From Takakia lepidozioides (lineage: Eukaryota > Plantae > Bryophyta): 64,000 nucleotides of DNA. Location of the stretch: contig CM060732.1 of assembly GCA_030704615.1 (NCBI GenBank), positions 73,904,001 through 73,968,000 of the forward strand. Reading direction: 5' to 3'. Both the position numbers and the translations under genes were made by a program. Position 1 is the stretch's first letter. The number at the start of each line of letters is the position of its first letter. Below the pieces are notes generated by a model. That model was not told the DNA's origin and did no database searches. It was given only the letters and a program-made list of their open reading frames with translations. This document shows positions 13,036 to 24,986 of the stretch, one piece after another.

Positions 13036-14325
13036 ATGGAGGCAACAGAGGTTAGATCGAAAGGGATGGCAGATACTGCTGGGGAAGAGCAACATCGGGT
13101 GGTTTTGGATGGGGTGGATCAACAAAGGGGAGTGAAGAGGACAAGGCGTGATAGGGGTTCTTCTGCCAAAGAGCGAATCAGCAAAATGCCGCCTTGTGTG
13201 GCGGGGAAGAGAAGCTCAATCTATCGAGGAGTCACAAGGCATAGGTGGACAGGGCGATATGAAGCTCACCTTTGGGACAAAAGTACTTGGAATCAGTCCC
13301 AAAACAAGAAGGGCAAGCAAGTATACCTTGGTGCGTATGATGACGAAGAGGCTGCAGCACGTGCTTATGACTTAGCTGCTCTGAAGTACTGGGGCCCTGG
13401 CACTCTCATAAACTTTCCGGTGAGCGACTACACAAGGGATGTTGAGGAGATGCAGACTGTCTCAAGGGAGGAGTATCTCGCTTCACTCAGAAGAAAAAGC
13501 AGTGGGTTTTCAAGGGGAGTCTCAAAGTACCGTGGGGTTGCGAGACATCATCACAATGGGCGCTGGGAAGCTCGCATAGGCCGGGTGTTTGGAAATAAAT
13601 ATCTGTATCTGGGGACTTACAGCACGCAGGAGGAGGCCGCAGCAGCCTACGACATGGCAGCCATTGAGTACAGGGGCCTTAATGCTGTCACCAACTTCGA
13701 TTTGAGCCGTTACATCCGCTGGCTACGTCCAGGCCAAACCAACGCCAACAACCAAGATGCTGAGGAGGGCAGCCCTAAGGCAGGGGACGACCTTCCGTCC
13801 CCTGGGGATGACCAGTCGGCAGTGGACGACCATCAAGCCCAAGGGTGGCCTGGGCAGGCCAGTAAACCATACCAGCTTCCTTCGCTGGGGCTCACACGTC
13901 CAAGTGTCCCACAGAAGGGAGGAGCATCCGCCCCCACAGCTCTCAGTCTCTTACTACAGTCGTCAATGTTCAAGACCATGCTTGAGCGAGCCTCTGCTGG
14001 TGGAGCCACGGATGTTAACCCAAGACATCATGCTGGGGTGGAGCTTGGCAGCCGCAGCCCATTCCTGGCCCGCCACCAATCAGTTATAGCAGACGAAGGT
14101 CCCCAAGATAGTCATTACGAAGAGACCGGTGGGAATCCCGAGCTGTTCCATCGAAGTCTACACCACGATTTGTTCTCTTTGTACAATCACGGACCTTCTG
14201 CGATCTCTCTAGCCCACGACCCTGGGCAATTGCAGGCAAGGCTACACAGGAGCCAGGCTATTGCATCTCCTAATTTAGACAACCCATGGGGACAGTGCAG
14301 CAATTGGCAAATTGCTAGCGTGTAA
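13036..14325 (+). CDS. SMOS1: Double-AP2-domain transcription factor, SMOS1/At2g41710-like (ANT/WRI lineage), intronless
   Basis: [59 protein letters not shown] signature; second AP2 repeat [20 protein letters not shown]...[11 protein letters not shown]. First ATG is at 13036 (the ORF track uses an upstream TTG). Confidence 0.88.
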   Translation: MEATEVRSKGMADTAGEEQHRVVLDGVDQQRGVKRTRRDRGSSAKERISKMPPCVAGKRSSIYRGVTRHRWTGRYEAHLWDKSTWNQSQNKKGKQVYLGAYDDEEAAARAYDLAALKYWGPGTLINFPVSDYTRDVEEMQTVSREEYLASLRRKSSGFSRGVSKYRGVARHHHNGRWEARIGRVFGNKYLYLGTYSTQEEAAAAYDMAAIEYRGLNAVTNFDLSRYIRWLRPGQTNANNQDAEEGSPKAGDDLPSPGDDQSAVDDHQAQGWPGQASKPYQLPSLGLTRPSVPQKGGASAPTALSLLLQSSMFKTMLERASAGGATDVNPRHHAGVELGSRSPFLARHQSVIADEGPQDSHYEETGGNPELFHRSLHHDLFSLYNHGPSAISLAHDPGQLQARLHRSQAIASPNLDNPWGQCSNWQIASV

Positions 14326-14718
14326 CTGGATTTCGAGGCTGAAATGCGGCTCCCTTCCATAATCACTTGCACACCAATACAATCCGATGCCAGCCAGAAT
14401 TTCTTGCAGTCGTATGGGTTGTTCCAGCACTACTGTAGTTTTAGGCACCCACACATGTCAAGCAAAGTAGAGAAATAATCTAGTTGATTTTTCTCTCTTG
14501 CTGGGAATAGGTTGCCAACTAGCAGTTAGACCTCAGGCTTGACCAGAAATTGAGACAGGGACTGTCTACGGCTACTCTGGTCACACTTGATAGACCACCC
14601 ACATGTTGGGATGTATCAGAACTCGCAGCCACTTTCTGAAGTGAAGGCTCCAAATTACCCCCTTTTTCCTCGGGTACACAATTAAGCAAATTCAAGTTAT
14701 CATTTCAAGAACACCTTT

Positions 14719-15168
14719 GGATCCGTTAAGATGCAAAGATCAGTTGGATCATTCCATCAATTGAGGACTCTTGTTTGCTATCTGTCATTTGTGTGTATTC
14801 CTGTTTTGCGATCCGTGTTAGGATGCAAAGTTCAGTTGGATCCTTCCATCAATTGAGGACTCTTGTTTGCTATCTGTCATTTGTGTGTATTCCTGTTTTG
14901 CGATCCGTGTTAGGATGCAAAGATCAGTTGGATCCTTCCATCAATTGAGGACTCTTGTTTGCTATCTGTCATTTGAGTGTATTCCTGTTTTGGCATCCGT
15001 GTTAGGATGCAAAGATCAGTTGGATTGAGGACTCTTGTTTGCTATCTGTCATTTGAGTGTATTCCTGTTTTGGCATCCGTGTTAGGATGCAAAGATCATT
15101 TGGATCCTTCCATCAATTGAGGACTCTTGTTTGCTATCTGTCATTTGTGTGTATTCCTGTTTTGCGAT
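14719..15168. repeat. 92-bp tandem repeat, about 4.9 copies (one unit has a 12-bp deletion)
   Basis: atgcaaag recurs at 14731, 14823, 14915, 15007 and 15087. Confidence 0.95.
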
Positions 15169-15484
15169 ATCAAGTCCATTTTCAGACAAGCCTTCGATGT
15201 GCGACGTTTCCAAGGATATGGCTCAGAACAGCTTCTGACGCACTCACAAACATGGTTTTGTCTCGACGCTGTTTCCTTCCAAGGATATGTAATGTGGACT
15301 CGCTGTCTTTCGATATATTTGTGATGTTTCCAAAGACCAGACGATGAAGACCCTCTGTAGCACCCGACACATCGTCGACATTGTGTATCTGTCATATCCC
15401 TTTGAAGAATTTCTCCACTGCGGAACTTTCATTCTAGCGACGACTGAAGGTTGGAGACTAGTTTAGCGTAGAGCAGGAATAGGG

Positions 15485-15930
15485 TGCCATAGTGCCACGT
15501 CATCGTCACCATGTCATCATAAACATGTCAACGTTGCCACGTCATCGTCGTCACGCCACGACGTCGTCGTCAGCCATGTCATTGTCGTCGATTTTCTTGA
15601 AAGCCCGAAATACCCGAAAATAACAGGGAGAGGTGTCTTGTACCGCGGGAGGGATGACTGCCATAGTGCCACGACATCTTCGCCATGTCATCGTCACCGT
15701 CATCAGCCATGTCATTGTCGTCGATTTTCTTGGAACCTGCTCGAAATACCCGAAAATAACATGGAGAGGTCTTGCACCGGGGAAGGGATTACGCCATAGT
15801 GCCATGTCATCGTCATCATGCCATGTCATCATCGTCAGTCATGTCATCGTCGTCGACTTTCTTGGAACTTGCCCGAAATGCCCGAAAATAATAGGGAGAG
15901 GTGTCTTGCTGCGCGGGGAAGGGATGACGA
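15485..15930. repeat. Three diverged 130-175 bp direct repeats rich in gtcatcgtc, probably subterminal repeats of a DNA transposon
   Basis: The ccatagtgcca...cgaaatacccgaaaataa...gggatgac unit is repeated three times. Confidence 0.7.
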
Positions 15931-16219
15931 GGTTCCCACTTAGCGGGGAGAGGATTCACACACCAATCTCATAGGGCGATCCTACATGGTGGATGTTGCA
16001 GAACCTTTTTTTCATTTGGGGACTGGCTGCAGTTTGAGGATTCCAAGCCCATTATGCTCTACAATCCACTCCCATAACCAAATTAGTCACGGAGAGATTC
16101 AATACCCCACTTTGAATGGATCGGATGCAAGGACACCGGTGCAACTAACAACATTCTCGCTTACAGATATGCAGTTGAATAATAAGAATGCAGGAGGTTC
16201 GAAGAACAGTTTTCATGTC

Positions 16220-17430
16220 TAAGGTGTACTTCAGCTGGCAATTACATCCCAGAGAAGCATCTTTTATGGAGGGGGCATTCTAGCAAACGAGCATCGAGTT
16301 GGAGGGCGTCTCTATAGAAACAGAGAAGGAGTATATGCTGCTCTGTATGCTTGGCTGTACCCTGTTCCCAGCGAAAGAGGTCAAGAATTTGACTAAGGAT
16401 TGCAACGTTATGGTGCAACTGCAGGCAATCTCTCATCAGCCATCCATGGCCAAGTCACCAGCATTGCAGCTCCTGGTGACAACCATTATTTCAGTCTTAT
16501 CTATGTGTCATCGCAGATGGAGACATTTGGAGTACACCGCAGGAGCTCTGACAGCTGGAATTTGCAATGAGACTTGTCCCCAGAGTTCCTCATACCTACC
16601 AAGGGCCTAAGTTTTGCGAAGCTGCATTACAACTTATTGCTGGATAGTGGCTGGATATTGAGCCTTTTTGGCAATGCACCCAGTCCGAAATTTTCCGTTT
16701 CAAGCTGGCCCCTTTGGCTTGGGGGCATCCCATGGGGCGAATCTCCCCCGCTGTCGCCTTCTCATTCAGTACCTTAGATGTGAGGGTGCAAAGTCCAACA
16801 CCAATGTTAGTGCTGTTTTCCGTGCAGTACTTGTGGAAAGAGTCCCAACCTTGCATTTCGAAGGTCTGGCTTGAATGGGCACACTCTTGCAGTGGAAGGT
16901 TCATGGAGTAATGAGTCTGGGCAGATGTGCTTGGTGGCATGTCATGCTGGTGCAAAGAACAGCGATATGAGTGGTGATTGTGATATCAAAATCTGCCTCC
17001 ACATTCGAGCGGCTGTCTCTCTCAAGCAGCGCAGCATTGTGGAAGGCACCATTTCCAGCATCTGGCCTCTCAACCACTCTAGTTCATTCAACCAAAAACA
17101 GCTTCAGTACAAGTACGACGACATCAGGGAGGTAGGTGCAGTGATGGAACGGTATGAACCTAACCTCGTTCGGTCCAGAATCCGGGCCAGTGTGTTTCGT
17201 TACCCTTCTCTCCATGGACTTGATGATTACAGCATCTTAAGCAGAGATCTTTCAGTGGAACACTCCTGCTTCCCCAGCAGAAGCAGCAGTCCAGGTTGGA
17301 TTATCCGAGCTTTAGTGTGCTTGCACTTGAGGACCACATGACAATAAACTGGAGGGAGGAGAGTAATTTTACCATGGTTCCAGAGGGGACAACCGCGTGA
17401 AGATTTGCTACCATACATTGCTGATATTGG
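16220..17430 (+). pseudogene. DUF2921-family (plant membrane protein, E3-ligase-related) pseudogene fragment
   Basis: EGVSIETE..MLLCMLGCTLFP, TLAVEGSWSNESGQMCLVAC and DCDIKICLHI...SLKQRSIVEGTISS are spread over several frames with stops. Confidence 0.65.
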
Positions 17431-17830
17431 GTAATCATCACTTTACCCTAGTAGATCTCTTTTCAGTGCTAGTGGTTCCACAAGGAATCCAATAGCATGA
17501 AAGCTCCAAGGGTTTTCTTTTCTTTCTTTGGTTATTTGGAGGGATTGATTTGCTCAACAGACCAAAAGGAGAATAGCATCACATACCCCACCCATGAGGC
17601 CTTAATAAACCAAGATGAGCCCCAAAGAGCACAGAAACTGGCCATGCTTTATCTTCGTTATCCCAGCTGCACATTTATTACCCTAGAAAAACTCTTCTCT
17701 TTGAGCTTCCTATGGATGCTATAAAGTTTCTTTCTTTCTTTCCGCACACGTTATAAAGTACCATTTCATTTCTATCTTTCTTCCACAATGTCATGGATAT
17801 GTCTAAGTTTGCTCCAGACTATGGCTGCAG

Positions 17831-19628
17831 ATATATGAAACCAAGTCATGTGGATGTGGCAGATTTTCTACAAGAAGTAACCACAGAAGAAGGCGTGCGT
17901 TTCTTGCAGCCTGGTTGCACACATCTATCAAGAAATTAGTTTGTTGATGCCTATTCAGGTTCTGATATGCATAAGGACGTATTGCGTGTTGTTGATAGCC
18001 CAAAGGTACCCATCACTCAAAACTATCTTCCATGTGGTTAAATCTGAAACTCTGTCACTCTTGAACACCAGCTCATAGGTCAGACTAGAGTTATGATTCA
18101 GTCAACTACAGTCCCGACCAACTATGTACTTGTAATTCCCCAGAGTATTGCACAACTAATATTCTGTATGAAGCTCTCTCTTAATCGTCGTTTAGAAGTG
18201 TTTGTGTAACTTTGGTGAATGTGCTTAAATCCCTGGGATGCGAATCTCACTGCTACACCATCAGCAAAAAGCCAGTTAGATTTGTCTTTGATGGCCAAGT
18301 TCTGATTACCCTGCCCTGTTTACCATACAGAATGTACATGAGCTTTAATTGGAAGCAGCAAAACCTCTAGGTCTGGAACTAACGGACAAAGAAGGCACGG
18401 CAGGTGAGGTATTCTCATTCACAACAATCACAACAATTGAATACATCTTAGCTGTGGCATTTTTTTTTTCTGGGTTCCGTATGATAAATGTCTCGACTTT
18501 TAAATAAGACAGTTACTAAGATCACCATGAATGTGAGATGTAATACAATAGGCCATCCAGCTGGGTAGCTCCACAGTGGTGCTTGGTGAAGACTGTGGGC
18601 AGACTCTTCTACTGCTTTGCAGTCTTGCTGGTGTATTCTAAGTTAAAAGTGCACAATGAGCCCAATACTGTGCTGGTCTACATGGTGGCATATTCAGGTT
18701 GTTTCAAAGGTTGATGGTCAATTGTGGATGCTGAAATGGATCAGCATCCCTGAGCTTACGACATCAGGACATCCAAAAGCCACTATCTTAAATGGATTGG
18801 TGTCAGATCATCCCAGCAAATCCATTTCTATTTACCAGGGATGCCTGTGGACCAGGTGGGAAGAGTGCCATTGTAGTTTCTGAAGTCGAAGCCACAGGAA
18901 TGGCAGCTGTTGCTAATATCCAGCAAACCACACAAGTGAAAGAAGGAGACTGTCTAACAGGAGTTGTGAACAGCCATGGTAGATCTGAGTATGTGGCATT
19001 TCCAGAAAGCACTTATATTATTGCTGCAGATATTGTAAAAAATGTTCAGGAGGCCCCATGCAATATCGGTTTGCAGCTTGAGCGTCCTCTGGTACACTCT
19101 TAACTCATATTGTTTTGCAACCACCTAAAAGTTGATGGAGATTCTTCGCGAATTTCCATTCTGGTATTAGAGGTCCAATATCAGTGATTATACATGTCTG
19201 GTCACTTATCTGCTTTTACATGTTGAAATTTGAAATCTAAAGGCAAAGAGGGCTCTACAATCTAGTACTGCTATCCATGTACTACCTACTGGTACATGTA
19301 ACTCTGGAATGGCATTAACCCAAGACATTGCTGAAGGGATGGCCCCCAATCTTTTGATTGAAGAACATGTTGGATAATTGCACTTGTATCTATCTTTCAG
19401 TCAAGTACAAACCCAGCAGATTTAAATTGACATAGTGTCATGACTGATAAAAATCTGAGATGAGCTAAATCAGGATGTGTTGATATGATTCACGAGGATG
19501 CATCGGCTTCAAATGTCTTTGACCATGAGTTTGTGCAAGACTGGTGGCCCTCAACAAAGACAATTTTCAAACGCCAGGCCACCTTGGCATTGCAGAACAC
19601 AAGCTTTGTCCTTGCCCGTAATCTGCAG
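17831..19628 (+). pseudogene. ABCG/PDR-type transporter pseudogene fragment (exons about 17831-17958, 18331-18408, 18698-19091, 19474-19628)
   Basis: YMKPSHVDVADFLQEVTT...*FVDAYS (end of NBD, in-frame TAG) and FVQDWWPSTKTIFKRQATLALQNTSFVLARNLQ (pre-TMD helix); splice sites retained. Confidence 0.72.
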
Positions 19629-19789
19629 GTGCAATCATCCATCACATTCAATTGTCACAGTTGCCACTTCTTCCAACCAGAGGTTCACTCAGCCTTAATT
19701 TACGTCAAGAAGACAGAATGTACTTATGTTTGCTGTAGCCTTGTGGCCATAGACCCCGCGCCCAATGTGGGCGGAACAAAAGGCAACAG

Positions 19790-21200
19790 ACACTAACTTT
19801 GTGAGGGGCTCACTCCACTGGTGGGAATTACTGTGATATAAACAACTGGGCCGGGCTTTCCAGATTTCCTCTAGGAAGCCCCTCACACAAGCATCAATCT
19901 GCTGTGTGTGGTCAGCCCAACAATTAGACTCCAACAGGGGCAGGGATTTAGGCTCAGCCTAAAGTGTGATCTTGAGTGCACAAAAGTGCAGGGACTATGC
20001 TCTTGATGTTCCTCAAGAGGGTCGCTCTCTGATGAGAATACCCCGGAAATTGTATCAGACAATGGATACTGTCTTCAGGCCGCCCACACATTGGGCATTG
20101 ACAATCTCCCTTTCCCCTCTGCATCTGTTTATTGTTCGAAGGTAGACTCCCCACCCTCAGTTTAAATTTCTCAATGCAGTGATAAAACTGAAAAGAAGTG
20201 AATATAGTGGAATTCGAGAAAGTGAATACAATAATCCTTAAGCTCAGACTTAATCAAGTTCATGGAAGTTTATGCCTAACTTTGCTTGTTTGGATATTCT
20301 TCGACATGGCCTTAGACACTTCCGCCTCAAGAAGACATCGACTGCTTCACCTAGGCTGCCTGTCTGAGGGTTGCCTGGGATTGGTATTCTATTGTTGGAG
20401 ATCACCTTTGTATACCCTTTTAACCTTTATGTTGTATCATGTGAGTAGATAAAATAATCTCATATCGGGCAATTACAATCTGGGCTTTGCAGATTTTGAC
20501 ATTTTTCTATGTGTCAGTTGAATCAGTTTACCTGAAGTTTCCCCTGTCTCTTGCCCTGAAGAAATTGTCCCACTTCAAAAAAATTCCTTTGGTTAGTCAG
20601 CCCCCAAAAAATTGAACAGGGCCAGGGCTTTAGGCTCAGCCTTGAGATCTTGAAAGTTGGCGAACAGAGGTGCAGGAACCATGTTCTTGATGTTTTTGAA
20701 GAGGGTCACTCCCTGCTGAGAATACCCTCCCTCAAATAGTCCTCCAGAGTTTATTTTCCAGCTCAAAATAACCACCTTCTTTAACATTAAACCTGGGCCT
20801 GCATGCACTCAAGCTGGCCGAATGTATATGGGAGAAGTAGGTAGTCCAGTAAACCAGGATAACCACCTTAGATGCTGGTACAGTATCTTTTGAGTAGGTG
20901 TACATGAGAATTCAATATTGCTTAACAATTTTAGTTGTCCCTTAATCAAAACACTATAGTAAAGCTGCATGGCCCACATACAACGAGGTACCCATATTAG
21001 ACCAAAATGTTTTGTGATATTCAGACTGACATACTTACAAATCTCAGAGACTTCCTTTGGACATATACCGGCCCCAAGGATGGCATGCAATTCTTCACAG
21101 CTCGTTACAAAATTTTGCTTCATCTCTTTCTCACAGTGGAACAATTCCCATGCATTCTTACCCTGCCCAAGCACAAGCGTTTAGTGGTGGTTGGAAGATG
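19790..21200 (-). mobile_element. Degenerate LINE remnants (two diverged tandem 3' segments)
   Basis: KLRVGSL...CPMCGRPEDSIHCL...GYSHQR zinc-knuckle-like C-terminus; 19939-20044 is repeated in diverged form at 20618-20727. Confidence 0.55.
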
Positions 21201-21546
21201 AAGCAGCCATTGATCAGCAGCAGTGAAAATGATAGAGAGGTGGTATTGGAAAGTGGCAGAACAAAATATCAATAAATTACAGATTTTTATCAAAACAACT
21301 TGGGCATGTATATAACTTCAAATAATATGGAAAAACAGAATGTTAATACGAAGAGACGGATAAAATATGTTTCAATTAAAGACAAAATACATTATGAACG
21401 CCGGAACAAATATGCATTAAGTTAACTAAAACACAACAAATCTTTTTCATGAAACCGTGACATTAAATCAGAATCCAAACTATTTGAAATCTAAACCAAT
21501 TGAAAATGAAGATGAAAAAGATCTCATATAAACAACATTCATAATC

Positions 21547-21642
21547 CAAAGGTGTCCGGCTTCCTAGCATAAGGCAGTAATCCTTCGGGATGAAGAGACA
21601 CCATAATTCATCCTTGGCGTCAAATATTAAATATTAAATATT
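21547..21642 (+). mobile_element. 5'-truncated copy of the tRNA-SINE family
   Basis: aaaggtgtcc...ggcagtaatccttcgggatgaagagacaccataatt...ggcgtcaaatatt matches the SINE 3' half plus tail. Confidence 0.7.
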
Positions 21643-22631
21643 AGCCGTATGCAAGTTTGTATGTGAGCCCCATAACGGGCCAAACCCTCCACCCAAACAT
21701 GCCAAAGATGGTCAAAATTTGCCAATTTTGTCGAAAACCATAGGAATAATGTGAGAACTTAATGCAGGCGCATACTTTCGCCCCGGACTAGGTAGGGTTG
21801 GCTCCTCTGGCTAGCCCCCTGTCAAATTCTCTCCACCCCTTCTTACCCCAGATTTTCTATTAAAATCTAGTGACAACTGAAGGTCAGACATTAGTTTTAG
21901 TTTGTCACGTCATCATTGCAATGTTTTAATCTGCCCAACCAAAAAAAAATTGATTTTTAAAAATCATTTATTGCGTCATCTTCAGCCTATCATGGTTTTA
22001 GTCATTGTTACCTAGAATTTTTTTTATTTCTAGTTAATTAGGATAAAATAATTTATATTTGTGGCATTGGGACTTCACTTGGTTCCATGTCTCACTTGGG
22101 ACGTTATCTCCATATGAGGATCAGAAAGGTTCGTCTTCTTCTAGTCGAGGTTCCCGAGGCCTCTCTCATCGTTATAGCTCTAGTACTTGAAGTGTGGATG
22201 AGGTCTCTATGGTGAAATCCTTTAGCAAAGGTGATGTTGGCTTGACTTATATAAAGTGATAGAGTGGTTTCGTCTTTTTTCACATCTATCATCGTTGTGG
22301 CATAGCTTTGGTGCACGATAAGCCACGTCATCGTCGTCATTTCTTAAAGCTGATAAAAAAAAAGCAAAAAATATATTTTATGTGAATTATTTCTTTTTAT
22401 CACTTTCTTATTTCTTTTGTTGTCTTCACATACTCAATGTAAATGATATAGCACTTCTAAATATTAATTGTGATAAAACCACCAACCATAATCATTGGTT
22501 TGCCTAGTTTTGAAACCCTCGAAAGTTCAATCCTCTGGTTTTGTTTTTTAATTTATTAATAGGAGCCGGTTCCACGGTATTACCAACAACAAGGTTGGGT
22601 AGCACATGAGCAGGCTCACGCCTCCGTGCGC

Positions 22632-22738
22632 CTGCTCACGTGAGCAGAAAATGATATACCACATATTCCAAAAATATTCTTAAGAAAAATGCTTTAACAA
22701 AACTAAAATGTGAAACTTGTGCTCACGTGAGCACAAGT
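22632..22738. promoter_or_regulatory. Two perfect palindromes centred on G-box CACGTG
   Basis: CTGCTCACGTGAGCAG (22632-22647) and ACTTGTGCTCACGTGAGCACAAGT (22715-22738). Confidence 0.45.
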
Positions 22739-23331
22739 CTGCTCATGTGAACACAAAGCCACACGAAGTCGGGGCATAAGGAATTTCTCGTCAGTGTCAT
22801 CTCCATCAACACTATTCGTTGATTAATAGTTGCATCTTTAATCATGGGTAGTTGACACTCGTAGCCATCATTGATATGCGAAACTAGACACAATTCATTC
22901 TATTTCGCCGATGAAAGCGTGGGTAGCGTCCTACTGCAATATGCACGTAACAATACGGTAGCGAGATAAAACAACCTCACGTCGTTCCTTATATGCAAAA
23001 CCAAACACAACTCATTTTTGTTCGCCCTCTAAATTTCTCACCTCAGTTTCTCTTGCATAGCTGTTCAAGGGAAGGTTAGACACTTTCATTTCAACTGTTT
23101 CTTGACAATGACTGAGTTTGATGCTGGTTCGGCTTCATTTACTTTACATACGTTCTTTAGTTTTAATATTGGCTATTTCATTTGAAACAATGGCAGGTTG
23201 CAGGTACAGGCTGGTTGCAGACATACGAGTGATGTACCTCTTCCCTCAGTAAACATCAAGAAGCCATATTTAACACAACCAATTCTAACACTGCCACATA
23301 GATTGCCTGCTGTGAGGCTCCTGGTCTAGTC

Positions 23332-23769
23332 ATGGACACAGTCTCCACATCTGGGAGACCACCTCTGCCTCCATCAGCCTCGTCCCTTGAAAATGTAGCA
23401 TCAGTGAAGGAGAATGCACTTACAAGTAAGAGAAGTTCAGTTGGAAGTGGGACTCACGTGTATGATCCAATCATTGTGCCCTCCTGCCAGCCTCAGACAA
23501 CCACAGTGAGCAATCTTCCGTCCATAATTGTGCAGTTACCTCCCCCACATCTCTCAGCCCCACCTGTACCTCCCCCTTCTCTACCACATACCCCTCGAGC
23601 CCCTCAGCAGCTGTCCTCCGTTTCTACAGCCAGGGCTGTACAGTGTTGCAGGAGCACTCTACGAACATCGATACATGGGATAGGTTGTTTCTTCAAGGGG
23701 CGAATGCAAATGTTGTTGTTTGCACTGATAATGGCAGCATTATTGATGCTCATTCAGGTGTTCTGGTAA
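23332..23769 (+). CDS. Hypothetical Pro/Ser-rich protein with a C-terminal transmembrane helix (145 aa)
   Basis: ATG-started open ORF ending in hydrophobic MLLFALIMAALLMLIQVFW; upstream TATA-like site (about 22989) and possible 5' UTR intron (about 23075-23203). No family recognised. Confidence 0.45.
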   Translation: MDTVSTSGRPPLPPSASSLENVASVKENALTSKRSSVGSGTHVYDPIIVPSCQPQTTTVSNLPSIIVQLPPPHLSAPPVPPPSLPHTPRAPQQLSSVSTARAVQCCRSTLRTSIHGIGCFFKGRMQMLLFALIMAALLMLIQVFW

Positions 23770-24582
23770 GACACTACAGTTGCGTGCTCTAGTCTAGAAT
23801 AACATGGCACCAATACTTGGTACACACATGATCATTTGCTCAAAACTTCCTCGTCTGGATTCTACAAAGTTCAAATGCTACAGTGCTCGAAAGGAGTTTG
23901 ATTCTTATCTTCAGCTTCCTCTTGCATGCTTTTGTACTTGGCTACCAGATGTTGCAGGGACCCATTTGAAAATTAGAGTGGACGTGGAGTTTATTTCTGT
24001 GGATCTGCCATTTAGCAGCAGCCTTTGGACAAAATGCTTTGCTGATAGTTGCCCACATTAGCAGTGAGGTGTACAGTATCTTGCAGTTTTACCTGGCTGA
24101 TATCCCCCAAATGACCGTGAGCATGTTCTTAGAGTCTACGCAACGATACCTTGAAATTTCACTGGTGAAACCCAATACCTTGATTTATTTTGCTGGCAAA
24201 ACCCCATACTTTGATTTATTTCGTTGGCGAAACCCAATACCTTGATTCATTTCGCTAATGAATCCTGTTGTTTGCCTCATTATATTAAATTGTTCAATTA
24301 TTGTTTGGTAGTTGTGTATTTTGGATGGTGTTGGTGATTGTGACTTTGCTTTTCCCCAATGTGTTTTTTTTTGTAGGATACCGAAGCTGTAAATATTTGA
24401 AACTTGGAGCTTGTAGGTGTACATTAGGGTTTAGGGACAGAAATAGGCACAGAAACCCCTATTTCGCATGGGGATTTGACAGTGCGCCCCGCTGGAACGT
24501 CGCCGGTACGGCTATCCCCAACGACCGTACCGGCAAGGCTCCCACGCTTGCATTCAACTCGTCAGGTAAGCGTAGTCTGCTC

Positions 24583-24631
24583 CAACCGGAACCGCCAGTT
24601 ATGAAAAAAATCAAATAACCGCCCAACACTG
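24583..24631. mobile_element. Right end of a hAT element related to 9027-9894
   Basis: AACCGCCCAACACTG TIR followed by GTATGTAC; left end not found. Confidence 0.65.
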
Positions 24632-24923
24632 GTATGTACATCTATTTAGTAGCTATATTTAATTTTCTCTAGAAAAACCTTTATAAAACCATAAACGAAG
24701 TGGCTATTAGTTACATCAGCTCTTGCCATACATAGTCTTTTTTATCTCTATAATAACAACAGTACCATTAACTGATCGGATTGAATTTATTTTATTTTTA
24801 AATGAATATTATTTTTATAATTAGAAAATATATGAAGTGTGGTTTTTTTAAAGATATTCTGTTGTATTTTTTATTTAAAACATATAAAGAGATATTAATC
24901 TTTTTTTTTTAAACTCTTGTCGT

Positions 24924-24986
24924 AATTTATTGTCTTACTTCATCGTGAAGGGTTATTGCCTTCCATTTGGAAGGTAAATACCTTCT
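24924..24986 (-). mobile_element. Degenerate SINE 3' fragment
   Basis: gaagggttattgccttccatttggaaggtaaatacc aligns with the SINE 3' domain. Confidence 0.5.
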
